Origin: Heterodontus francisci
Taxonomy: Eukaryota
Length of the DNA stretch: 64,000 nucleotides
Assembly (NCBI RefSeq): GCF_036365525.1
Contig: NC_090412.1
Span: 11,698,123 to 11,762,122, forward strand
Reading direction: 5' to 3'
A program made the translations under genes and the position numbers. The first letter of the stretch is position 1, and every line of letters begins with the position of its first letter. Shown here piece after piece: positions 14,501 through 25,766 of this stretch. The notes beneath the pieces were generated by a model. The model searched no databases, was not told the DNA's origin, and was given only the letters and a program-made list of their open reading frames with translations.

Positions 14501-15670
14501 GGAGAGAGGAGGTAAAAGGGCAGGTATTACACCTCCTGCAATTGTATGGGAAAGTGCCGTGGGAAGGGAACAAGGTGTCGGGAGTAATGGAGGAGTGGAC
14601 CAGGGTGTCATGGAGAGAATGATCCCTTCGGAATGCTGACAGGGGAGGGGAAGATATGTTTGGTAGTAGCATCACGCTGGAGGTGGTGGAAATAGTGGAG
14701 GATGATCCTCTGGATATGAAGGCTGGTGAGGTGGAAAGTGAGGACAAGGGGAACCCTGTCGCAGTTCTGGGAGGGAGGGGAAGGGATGAGGGCAGAAGTG
14801 TGGGAAATGGGCCGGACACGGTTGAAGGCCCTGTCAACCACAGTGGGGGGGAATCCTCAGTTAAGGAAAAAGGAAGACATATCAGAAGCGCTGTTGTGGA
14901 AGGTTGCATCATCTGAGCAGATACATCGGAGACGGAGAAACTGGGAGAATGGAATGGAGTCCTTACGGGAGGCAGGGTGTGAAGAAGTGTAGTTGAGGTA
15001 GCTGTGGGAGTCGATGGGCTTATAATGAATATTAGCGGACAGCCTATCCCCAGAGATGGAGACAGAGAAGTCGAGGAGGGGGTCAGAGATGGACCCTGTA
15101 AAGGTGAGAGAAAGGTGGAAATTGGAAGCAAAGTTGATAAAAGTTTTCCAGTTTGGGGCGAGAGTAGGAAACGGCACTGATACAGTCATCAATGTACCGG
15201 AACAAAACTTGTCACAAGATAGTTTACTCCATCTCTGTTATTGTGTACCACAAGCACTCGCAATTTTCAACCTTTACTCTGTGGAATCCTTGTGAATAAT
15301 GGCACCGTCCTTTCAGGCAGTGCATTCCAGATCACAATAACTGGCTGTGTGGAATAAAAACTCTTGTCATGTCGCCTCTGTTTTTTTTGCTAATCCCCTG
15401 AAAACCGCATCCTCCTGCCACTGGAAACTATTTGAAAATAATCTGAGAATAGGCTGGCATTCATCGAGGGGATTTATCATTTATTCTGATTTTTTGAAGG
15501 GTTGTCCATTGGGCGCTAAGTAACCATTGCTGCCCTGCTAGAACTTTGTCAGTTCGGAGTTTCTGGCCTCTCTTACCCTGCAAACCCTGTAGCCGGCTGG
15601 TGCTGTAATCCACCACCCCGCACGATTCATAGGGACCATGGCGAATTGTCACCAGCGCTCTCAGCGGCAT
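5457..15670 (-). CDS. C10orf53: UPF0728 protein C10orf53 orthologue, 3 exons (15577-15670, 11268-11387, 5457-5521), 92 aa
   Basis: Spliced protein MPLRALVTIRHGPYESCGVVDYSTSRLQGLQAMLEANGHHWILEQFLDWNTVELIVKGESVFKCNIIDLDFGGDGKLDPICKNAARAVRNAY resembles human C10orf53 (GPY, RLQGLQA, DWN.VEL, GGDGKLDP, NAY end). GT-AG phase-1 introns. Downstream of CHAT on the same strand, as in human. Confidence 0.95.
6297..6637 (+). mobile_element. Short SINE-like derivative of the tRNA-headed LINE
   Basis: Head and tail homologous to 3035-3810, A-rich end. Confidence 0.75.
9631..10340. mobile_element. Degenerate MITE with GGGCTG(A/T)ATTTT-type TIRs
   Basis: GGGCTGTATTTTC ... GAAAATTCAGC termini, GC-rich interior. 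Confidence 0.5.
11268..11387 (-). CDS. C10orf53: C10orf53 exon 2, 120 nt
   Basis: TTCCTTTTTTGAAG acceptor, G|GTAAGC donor. Confidence 0.93.
12450..12750 (-). mobile_element. Degenerate Deu-domain SINE
   Basis: Reverse-complement homology to 63430-63730. Confidence 0.65.
12940..13345 (-). mobile_element. CR1 LINE 3' end
   Basis: IEVYKVM...TRGHRFKV...FFTQRVV, (CAAAGAA)n tail. Near-identical to 55801-56140. Confidence 0.9.
13776..15203 (-). mobile_element. Penelope-like element, 5'-truncated (RT C-terminus, GIY-YIG, pLTR), in C10orf53 intron 1
   Basis: RYIDD, YKP.DSHSYL thumb, CxxC linker, NLVYC...YSGET..RL..RF.EH GIY-YIG. pLTR at 13776-13880. Confidence 0.9.
15577..15670 (-). CDS. C10orf53: C10orf53 exon 1, 94 nt coding
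   Basis: ATG at 15670, G|GTAAGA donor. Confidence 0.93.
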
Positions 15671-15749
15671 CTACACAGCAGCTTTTAACTCAAAGTGCTC
15701 CTGGGTTAACTCAACCTTTCCAACCCCACTCTCTCTCCTGACAACAACA

Positions 15750-15810
15750 CAAAACGTTGCCAAGGAAGTGAAATCACTCATGAAAGACCCATTGATATAA
15801 ACTTCCGGAG
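15750..15810 (-). promoter_or_regulatory. Candidate C10orf53 proximal promoter with X-box-like and ETS motifs
   Basis: GTTGCCAAGGAAG at 15756-15768 (RFX X-box-like). CCGGAAGT on the minus strand at 15801-15808. Both lie 86-140 nt upstream of the ATG. Confidence 0.45.
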
Positions 15811-16096
15811 GTCAGCTGTGAACTTTAAAAAGAACATAAGCACAGTCACAAGGAAAAATCATTGGGTTTTCCATAATTCTTCCAGCCCTATCACCCCGTT
15901 TCCAATGCCTCCACTGCTTTGCCCAGCAGATTAATCATCTTATTTTAGTCACTGCTGTTTGAAAGTTAACTTTTGGTAATTTTGTAAAGTCCCTGCGTTT
16001 CTTTTCAGAACTTTAGCTGTGACTGCACACACATCCCACAACTATGTTAGTATATGTCTGACCGTCTTCATTCCTGGATAGTGGGATTGGGCTAAT

Positions 16097-17525
16097 ACAA
16101 ATAGAAAGTGTTGGAAATACTCAGCAGGTCAGGCAGCATCTGTCAAGAGGGAAACAGAATTAACGTTTCAGGTCGATGACCTTTCATCAGAACTAGGAAA
16201 GGTTAAAAAGGTAATATCTTGAGCAAGTGAAAAGAGGGAGAGAGGAAGAAGAACAAAAGAGGTGTGTTATAGGGCAGTGGGTGGAAAATATTAAATGATA
16301 AGGATATCATGGAACAAAAGGCAAAAGGGAGAGTTAATAGTTGTTGTAAAAGACAGAGTATTTGTCCAAAGAGAGTGTTAATGGCAGAATAATGAAATGT
16401 TCTGTCTGAAAGCAAAAACATGGAAAACAAGTTTAAGAGATGGTAAAAATAACACAATCAAAATGGGGGTCATGGTGTGAAATTGTTGAACTCAATGTTG
16501 AATCCGGAAGGCTGTAAAGTACCTAATTGGAAAATGAGGTGCTGTTCGTCAGGCTTGCGTTGAGCATCACTGCAGCAGGTCGAAGACAGAAACGTGGGTG
16601 TGAGAGGAGGGAGGTGAATTGAAATGGCAAGCAACCAGAAGTTTAGGGTCATGCTTGCGGACTGAGCGGAGGTGTTCCGCAAAGCAGTCACCCAATCTGT
16701 GTTTGGTCTCCCCAATGTAGAGACGTCCGCATTGTGAGCAGTGAACACAGTATACTAAATTGAAAGAAGTACAAGCAAATCACTGCTTCACCTGAAAGGA
16801 ATGTTTGGGGCCTTGGATGGTGAGGAGTGAGGAGGCAAAAAGGCAGGAGTTACACTTCCTGCGATTTCATGGGAAGGTGCCGTGGGAAGGGGACGAGGTG
16901 TTGGAGGTGATGGAGGAGCGGACCAGGGTGTTAGGGAGGGAACAGTCCCTTCGCAACACTGACAGGGGAGGGGAGAGGAAGATATGTTTGGTGGTGGCAT
17001 CATGCTGCAGGTGGCGGAAATGGTGGAGGGTGATCCTTTGTATATGGAGGCTGGAAAGTGAGGACAAGGGGAACCCTGTCGCAGTTCTGAGAGGGAGGGG
17101 AAGAGGTGAGAACAGAAGTGCAGGAAATGGGTCAGGCCCGGTTGAGGGCCCTGTCAACCACGGGTGGGGGGGAAAATGAAGACATATCAGAAGTGCTGTT
17201 GTGGAAGGTTGCATCATCAGAACAGATTCGACAGAGATGGAGAAACTGGGAGAATAAAATAAAGTCTTTACAGGAGGCAGGGTGTGAGGAAATACAGTTG
17301 AGGTAGCTGTGGGAGTCAGTGGGCTTATAATGAATATTAATAGACAGCCTACCCCAGAGATGGAGACAGAAGTCGAGGAAGGGAAGGGAAGTGTCGGAGA
17401 TGGACCATGTAAAGGTGAGAGAAAGGTGGAAATTGGAAGAAAAGTTGATGAAGTTTCTCCAGTTCCAGGCGGGAGCAGGAAACAGCACTGATACAATCAT
17501 CAATGTACCGGATAAAGAGTTGGGG
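16097..17525 (-). mobile_element. Penelope-like element, 5'-truncated second copy
   Basis: FIRYIDDC, YKPTDSHSYL, GIY-YIG remnants, pLTR with intact hammerhead core. Confidence 0.9.
16158..16194 (-). ncRNA. Minimal type I hammerhead ribozyme motif in Penelope pLTR
   Basis: AGUU CUGAUGA A AGGUC AUC GACCU GAAA C GUU AAUU. Confidence 0.65.
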
Positions 17526-17729
17526 TGCAAAATCTCCCATGTGTTTCATTGTGTTACAGTCTATTGATGGAAGAGCATCAATTGGCCTTTGTTATGGTTT
17601 GGTGCCTCTTATTCAATGTTGTAGCTTAGAGTGGTTTACAGGACTCAATGCTGTATTGTTTGTGAGATGCATCCCAGTTTCTGCAGCCTTTGGTGCTGTG
17701 TACAGATTGTTCCATTACATTACTGACCA

Positions 17730-19950
17730 TTCAACTTGCCTTCCTGGCTCCCATGTTAGCTGATATTGATAACAGTTCTCTCTCTTTAGTGCCTTCTCCC
17801 TCTCTTTCAGATCTGCCACCATCACCCCTCTCCTCAAAACTCCAACCCTTAACCCCCCCCCCTCCCCCCCACTTCCAAACTACGACCACATTTCCAACCT
17901 TCCTTTCCTCTCCAAAGTCCTTGAATGTCTTGTCACTTACCAAATCTGTGCCCAGCAATCCTGGAATTCAATGTTTGAATCTCTCCATGCAGTTTTCTGC
18001 ACTCTGCCACAGTACTAAAATGGCTCTTATCAAAATCACAAATGACATCCTATGTGACAAAAGTAAACTATCCCACCTTCTTGTTCTCGACTTGTCTTTG
18101 CAGCCTTTGACATGTTGACTATACCATCCTCCTCCAACACCTCTTGACCCCGATCCAGATGGGTGGGACTGCACTCGCCAGGATACACTTTTACCTATCT
18201 AATCACAGCCAGAGAATTGCCATCAATGGCTTCTCTTCCTGCTCCTGCACTGTTACCTCAAGGATCTATCCTTGGTCCCCTCCTATTTCACATCTGTATG
18301 CTATCCCTCGGTGACATCATCCAAGGCGTCAGGTTTCTATTTACTCGTTCAAGGGATGTTAGCATCACTGGCAAGGCCAGCATTTGTTGCCCATCCCTAA
18401 TTTCCCTTTAGAAGGTGGTGGTGAACTGCCTTCTTGAACTGCTGCAGTCCATGTGGTGTAGGTCCACCCACAGTGCTGTGAGGAAGGGTTTTCCAGGTTT
18501 TTGACCCAGCAACAGTGAAAGAACAGTGATACAGATCCAAGCCAGGATGATGTGTGACTTGGAGGGGAACTTGCAGGTGATGGTGTTCTTACCTCTGTCT
18601 TCTGCCCTTGTCCTTCCAAGTGGGTTTCAAAGGTGCTGTCAAAGGAGCCTTGGCAAGTTGCCGCAATGCATCTTGTAGCTGGTAGACACTTCTGCCACTG
18701 TGCACCAGTGGTGGAGGGACTGAATGTTTAAGGTGGTAAATGGGGTGCCGATCAAGTGGGCTGCTTTATCCTGGATGGTATCGAGCTTTTTGCTTATTGT
18801 TGGAGCTACACTTATCCAGGCAGTATTCCATCACACTTTTGACTTCAGTTTCTGGTCAATGGTAACCCCCAGAATGTTAATGGTGTGGGGTCGGCAATGG
18901 TAATCCCTTTGAACATCAAAGGGAGATGGTTCGATTCTCTTTTGTTTAAGATGGTCATTGCCTGGCAATTGTGTGGAGTGAATGTTAACATGTATGCTGA
19001 CAACAGCCAGATCTAACTCACTACCACCTCTCTTGAATGCTCTACTGTCACTAAATTGTCAGACTGCTTGTCTAACATCTAGTACTGGATGAGCATAAAT
19101 GCTGTCCAATTAAATATTAGGAAGACCGAAGCCATTACCTTCGGTCCCAGAGACAAATTCCATTCCCTGCCACCAACTCCATTCATTCCCTGGCAATTGT
19201 ATGTGGTTGAACCAGACCATTTGCAACCTTGGTATCATATTTGACTCCCAGATAAACTTCTGAACACATATCCATGTCATCTCTGATTCTGCCGATTTTT
19301 ACCCCATAACATCATCCGACTCTGCTCCTACCTCAGCTTATCTTCTACTGAAATCCTTATCAATGGCTTTGTTACCTCTAGTCTTGACGATTCCAACACA
19401 CTCCTCACTAATCTTTCATGTTCTGCCCTCTGTAAACTTGAGATCATCCAAAACTGTGCTGCCAGTGTCCTAGCTCTCATCAAGTCCCGTTCACACATCA
19501 CCCCCTTGCTAATCTACATTGGCTCCCAGTTAAACAACACTTTGATTTTAAAATTCTCATCCTTGTTTCAAATCCCTCCAGGGCCTTGCCCCTCCTCCCC
19601 CACTCCCTATCTCTGTAATCTCCTCCAGTGCCATAATCCTTCGAGATATCTGCACTCCTCAAATTCTGACCTCTTGAGCATCCCCGATTTTAATCGCTCC
19701 ACCATTGGTGGCCATGCCTTCAGTTGCCAACGCCCTAATCTCTGGAATTCCCTCCCAAAACCTCACTGCCTATCTAACTCTCATCCCCCTTTAAGATGCT
19801 TCTTCAAACCTATCTCTTTGAGCAATGTTTTGGTCAGCTGCTCTAATATCACCTTATGTGTCTTGGTATAAAATTTTGTTTGATAATGCTCCTGTGATGG
19901 GATGTTTTACTACATTAATGAAGCTAGATAATTGCAAGTTGTTGTTGTTG
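17730..19950 (+). mobile_element. L2 LINE RT and 3' end, interrupted at about 18338-18987
   Basis: ALIKITNDIL, LVLDLS, PQGSILGPLLF, YAD motifs. (GTT)n tail. Confidence 0.85.
18338..18987 (-). mobile_element. 3' end of the tRNA-headed LINE family, nested in L2
   Basis: 18935-18987 overlaps in sequence with 241-291. Tail matches the short derivatives. Confidence 0.8.
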
Positions 19951-20258
19951 TTTAGTTCCCTGTTGAATGCTATGTTGCCTTCATGTCTAACACCAGTGGT
20001 TTCCAGTTGTATTTCTTATTCGAATATACTTTTCATCTATTATCTGAGGTTGGAATGAACTGTGTCTGAATGACAGTAAGATATGATCCAGCTCCAATTA
20101 AGTTAAAAAAGAGAATGACAGAAATAGAAGTGGGCGGTCTGCAATGAATGTCAGTCTTTCTCAAAAATATTGGAAGATATGCCATAAAGAAGAGTTCATT
20201 ACATTCTTTCTATTCCTTATTACCAGCATTAGCAAAAAGCTTTTTTTTCTCCCTTCAT

Positions 20259-20952
20259 GGGATGAATTTTATTTGGGCAGTGCGCTCCGCAGCAGCGCCC
20301 TTTAAACTCAGCAGGGTGCCCACATTCAGAGGCCACCGCAGAGCCCCCACGATATTTCGCATGGGGACTAATTTAAATAGTGGGGGCTGTACGCCCGCCC
20401 CCAAAGAAGGGCACCTGTGCCATTTTTAAAGGGCTTTAAGCTCTTAGAATTACTTCAAATTTTGAAATGGGCAGCAGTATGAAATTTTTATTAAACAATA
20501 AAAAATATATGGCTGGTCCTTCCCCAACCACCTACCCACCCCCCACCCCCCACCACCCCCCCCCCCCCCCCCACTCCAATGGTCATTTCAATGCGGAAAT
20601 GACCAACACCATTCCTTTTTCCCTCCCTGAACTTTACTCCCTAAACTTATAACATTTGGCCTATAACCCCTTCCCACCCTGAAATTTTTATTACTTCCCC
20701 CCTCCCCACCAGGTTCTTGCATCGGAACTCCGTTCGGACAGCAGGTAAGCTAATTTGAAGATAATTACTGTCGATTTAAATATGCAGATGAAGGGCCAGG
20801 CGGCGTGGGGGGCCGACCAAGGTCCCCCCGTCGCTGGTAATATGCGGCGGGCCCTTCTCGACATCGTGGCTCAAGGCAGGTCTCTCCCCATAACATTTAA
20901 CCAGCCCTCGCACCACGACAGGCGGCAGTGAGGGGCTGGTAAAATTCAGCCC
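20259..20952. mobile_element. PIF/Harbinger-like MITE
   Basis: GGGATGAATTTTA ... TAAAATTCAGCCC TIRs, 3-bp TSD CAT. Related to 46889-47473 in opposite orientation. Confidence 0.65.
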
Positions 20953-21132
20953 CATAGATCAGTGGTGGGATGTGGCCTTCAATGTAATCTGTTTTTGTTC
21001 TTTTATCCTTGCCTTACTCATTGCGACTTATTGAAATCCAGAGATGAGATTCTATAATTTTCCTATTAAATACAACATCCCTATAGTATACATTTGTAAA
21101 ATAAGTAATCAATTCATTTGAAAATATCAATT

Positions 21133-21325
21133 AAAATAAAACAGAAATTGCTGGAAATACTCAGCGGATCTGCCAGTGGAGACAGAAACGGAGTTAATCT
21201 TTCAGGTCGGGTAACCATTTGTCAGAAGTGACGAAAGTGACCATTTTGACAATAAGTCATCGACCTGAAACAGCATTTTCTGTTTTTATTTCAGATTTCC
21301 AGCATCCAGCAGTGCTTTGCTCTTG
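21133..21325. mobile_element. Degenerate inverted Penelope pLTR pair
   Basis: pLTR halves in opposite orientation, same layout as 51178-51401. Confidence 0.6.
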
Positions 21326-21861
21326 TGGAAATGTTAACATTTTGTTCAAAGTACCTTGTTGTCCAGGGTCATTTGAGAGACAGCACACAGTCTGCACTAT
21401 TCATTCCCCAACTCACCCACTCCCCTCCCTCCCCACAACACATACACTTTATATCTGGTGAAAACTTCCACTTTGCATTTGCAGTTGATTGGGTGATTTT
21501 TTTTCTTTATAAAACCATGATAAATTACAACTAAGTGAAAATTTTGTGGCCATAATCAAGTCTGAGGTTTTGGTTTGTTTACTTCTGATACCCAGGCACA
21601 AATACTCAGTGTAGTGTAAAGGAAACATTAGTTTAATATGATCTTCAAAGTGCAATGTGAAAGAAGCCAGAAGAGGACATGTGTTAGAGAGTATTGAGCA
21701 CAAAATGTTGTCTTACCCTTTAAAATACTCAGCTATAATTACTTTGTGCCATTAATCAGATCACTGCAGAAGTGGTTGTCAAATGTATTGAACAATGTAA
21801 GTGTTTAACTGCTTTGAATGGAAGTGATCTGCTTAGCGGCAAGGAAGGTCATCAGAGTGGA

Positions 21862-22017
21862 GTCATAGGATCATTACAGCACAGAAGGAGACCATCTGGC
21901 CCATCGAGTCCATGCTAGCTCTCTGTAGAGAAATCCAGTCAGTCCCATTCACCCGCTCTATCCCCGTAGTCCTGCAAGTTTATTTCCCTGAAGTGCCCAT
22001 CCAATTTCCTTTTGAAT
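21862..22017 (-). mobile_element. CR1 3' tail fragment
   Basis: ACAGCACAGAAGGAG.CCAT..GGCCCATCG tail shared with 27235-27400. Confidence 0.65.
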
Positions 22018-24272
22018 GAGGTAGCTTTCACAGTCTCTTACAATGTTTGATCATTTATGTTCATCAAGGCAAGGGATATTAATGTTGGGGGAATTACATT
22101 TTTTTTGTTGGTGCCCATTTTTACACACACTATCAATTTTATGCATTTTTAAGAAAGCTATCACATGGGGTTGATACAATCTAAAGATTCATTTGCATTC
22201 CCAGAACGGGTCATAATCCCAAAATCAGAATTGCAGGCCATAATTAAAGCAGTGTGACATTTCAATTTCCCCATCAGTCATCCATGTGGCCAGCCCAAAA
22301 TATAATCTTTAAAAAGGAATAAGTCTGGTCTCTGAGAGCTTGATGAAGGATTTACCGCAAATTTTGATAACTACAATACAAACAGACTTTATAACCAAGT
22401 AAAGCCAATTACTATTTGTCTTCTGTTGAAATCTATATCAAGGAATTACTGGAGACCTTCAGGTTTTTGTTTGAAGAACACAAAATGACCCAGGAAAAAC
22501 AATATAAAAACAAGAATTTTGTCGGAGCTTTATTTTGTGCTAAGTTTATATAAACCCTAAAAATGTTAAGGTGAAGATCTGTTTATTTCCTCGTGTTTGT
22601 GCAATATTTTCTGTAAATCCTCACCTGATTTTGGTGCAGATTGGTTTATAGGATGGCAAGGAATGGGTATGTAAACTGGAACAGAATTATGACTGGTTGG
22701 GAGTGAGTGATATGGCTGTAATTTTGACACACTGCTTAGGTGACACAAGCCTTGAAAGTGAAACTCGAATTGTTTATGGGTGTCACCTGAATGCTGAGAT
22801 TCAATCACAGCCTCACTTTCTATCGCCTATATTATTTTTATAATGTTTTTTTATAATGTTCATCAAATGAAAACTGTGCTAATAGTTCTCGTTGGAATTC
22901 ACAAGCAGGTATAAGAAATGTAATAAATTCCAAACCTAAGATTGAATAGAAGGATTTACGAGCATGTGATGTTTTACAAAATATACTTTCTTGAAGCATA
23001 ATTTGTATTAATTCATAAGCAAAATCAGTGCCTTTTCTTCTCTTCCTATGCATTGTTTTTATATGATTTGAACACATGAAGCTTATTAATTCAGGACAGC
23101 TTCCTTCAACAAAAATGACATCGGAATCTGACTTCTCCACACTCCTGATATTTTAGCCAGCTTTAATAATGCGCTTCACAGACTCATCTGTCACTTTTCT
23201 CTGAATGTGATTTCTTTCCAGTCAGTGATGCTCACCTACTCCAGATTTTGCTCTGCAAATAACAGATACAAATTTTTCAGCTCGACTTTTGCAAAGCCTT
23301 CTCTATCCTATTTAAACAAACTCCTGCTTATTAATGAATGCAATGGCATATAGATTAAAAAGATCATTTTTGTGGCAGCAAATGAAGAAATACTAAGTGT
23401 CACTTTGCTTTTCGACTCATGGTTTAGAATGTTGGCTGTTAGGAATTTACAGCAAAATAATTTTACAACACTTCATTCTGATCAATCAAGAGTGACGTTT
23501 AATCTCACAACCTGCCACATAAATTTGCACATACTTGTTCCAAAGCTGTGCTATTGAACAAAATAAAATCTAGATTCAAACTGCATTTCAAATGAAGTAA
23601 TAGTCAACTCCTCAGCAAATGCAACAATGAAGGTTCTGATTATTTTGATGATAAATAGAAGTGCAGAAATTACAACACAGTAGGAGGCCATTCTATCCGT
23701 GCAGCTCTCGGCTTCCAATTCTCTGTACTTTTCATAGTCTTCATTTTCCAATACTCATCCAATTCCTTTATCAATAGTCACTTGTGACATTGCAACTTCT
23801 GCGAGTAAATTTACCCCTTCATCTTCCCAACGATAATTCTAATTTTATGGCTGTGTAGTTAACTGGTGGAAACAATCTTTCACTGTCTATCCTTTCAATA
23901 TCTTTCATAATTACGAAAGCCTCTATTGTATTCTCTGCTTATCTTTGTTCCCATTGGGAAAAAGCTGGGAATTTTCAAGCCTTCCTTTGTAACTAAAATG
24001 TCTCATTTATGAAATATTAAGGTATATAATCAGGGGGAAAAAACATATGGTGAATACCAGGACTGTGATGGATTTTTGTCACATTATCATTTTTATGTAT
24101 TTGTTACTCAGAGAGTAATGCTTTATTCCTGGTATTACTTTTGACTCAGGATCCAGCGCACTGATTACTGGCCAATTCTGAGATGGAGATACACAAGAGT
24201 AGGATCACTGGATCAGTACAAGTTAGTCTTTGTGCAATTATAATGACCGCTCACAGTTTCCACAATAAATAT

Positions 24273-24278
24273 TTTATT
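24273..24278 (-). terminator. Candidate CHAT polyadenylation signal AATAAA (3' UTR about 1.2 kb)
   Basis: TTTATT on the + strand after an AT-rich stretch with no recognised repeats below the stop codon. Confidence 0.45.
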
Positions 24279-25493
24279 GAACAAGACTGCACAATTGTCC
24301 ATGTTAGTTTTCCCTTCACTTGGTCAATAGCACCAACTCTGAAGCACCCTGCCTCCAGAAGCAGTGTTAAATGACAAGACTTGGCAATGGACAATGAACA
24401 TAAAATTAATAACAATCCACTCCTCACACTGATTTACATTTCAAACAAAAAATACACATTCAGAACATAAAATATATCGAAAAATACATAGAACTTTTTA
24501 CCAGTTCCAACATGAATTACCAGAGTCTCCTCTGCAGTTCCTTACTTCTCCAAAAGATATATTTATGTACAATAAATGGCTCTTGGACTGTACTGACTAT
24601 ATATGTATTTGACTTTCCTGTGATCTATTTTGTAAAATATGTTTCTTTTGTTGCATAATCAGAATTTATATAAATAAAAGCAGACTTTTAAACAAAAATA
24701 GTTTCATCTGATTGACATTGAGATTCAGCAATTATTCACCACCATAATTATTTACAGAACAAAACACAACTCATATCTTGACCCTGTAAGGAAACCACTA
24801 GAAACCACCACCAGGGTTGGGACTGCACCAGTACTCTTTCCTGGGGTATAGTTTTATATCCTATTGTTATGATAACTTGTACAAGAATAATTGCAGTAAG
24901 ACTCACACCAGGACATGTGAAACATTTATAGTTAAGCTCATATTCTCCAACTACACTATATACTTTAGCACAGCGACTTTGTAATTTACATAAAAAATGA
25001 ATGACCAGAAAGAAAAACATTTTGTGTTCAACATGATTAAAAATTCTTGCTGGTATGGGTACCAAAGTTATTAATTCTCCATCTTTTATAATTATATCAC
25101 CACAAGAACACAAAACAAGCTCATCAATAAACAAAATACATTCTCTTCATGTGTTACATAAAAGATGCAGAGATGGGAGTTAGGTGGCACAGATCTGATT
25201 TCATTGCCAATTATGATGAAAACATATTTGGCAGACCAATCTATCCAGGACTGACGTGCAGAACATATATTCTCTATTTTTCACATTAAAAACACACTAT
25301 TACAGTACAGCTAATGCTATAATTTGACTTGTTTAAAATCTTTTCATTCATAATGGACAACCAGTAACAAGTCAATGTGCCATCAGATCCCTTAAGACTC
25401 CAAATGGACAAAGGCTGATAAGAGTATGCTATTCTTTTGCATAGAGAAATGACCATTTGTGCAATTCACAGTCCAACCAGACTATGAGAACTT

Positions 25494-25766
25494 TTAATGG
25501 CACAACTTTCTTCCATTTTGAACTTTCTGTGTTGCATTCCCCATGAAACTTTGCTTGGCTTTAGTGTTGCACTTAACACACAGGTCCTTCATCTCTCTAA
25601 AACTCTTCTCCATGGCTTTTGCAAACATGGCAGAAGAGGTCTCCTTGCAATTATTGAAGCAGGAAATGCAGAAGATGATATGGTCCAAATGCGGATTGTA
25701 GGAAGCACCGTAACCATCTGGAACTACAGGGCCATAAAACAGAAAAGCCTCTGTTGTGGTTGGTAC
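25494..25766 (-). CDS. CHAT: CHAT last coding exon ([25 protein letters not shown]...GRKLCH*), 273 nt
   Basis: TTCTACAG acceptor, YGPVVP.GYG..YN motif, TAA at 25494-25496. Confidence 0.96.
   Translation of the reverse strand, partial: VPTTTEAFLFYGPVVPDGYGASYNPHLDHIIFCISCFNNCKETSSAMFAKAMEKSFREMKDLCVKCNTKAKQSFMGNATQKVQNGRKLCH

Noticed and set aside
20530-20575. C-rich tract with G-quadruplex potential
   Set aside because: Low-complexity interior of a MITE, with similar tracts in related elements.
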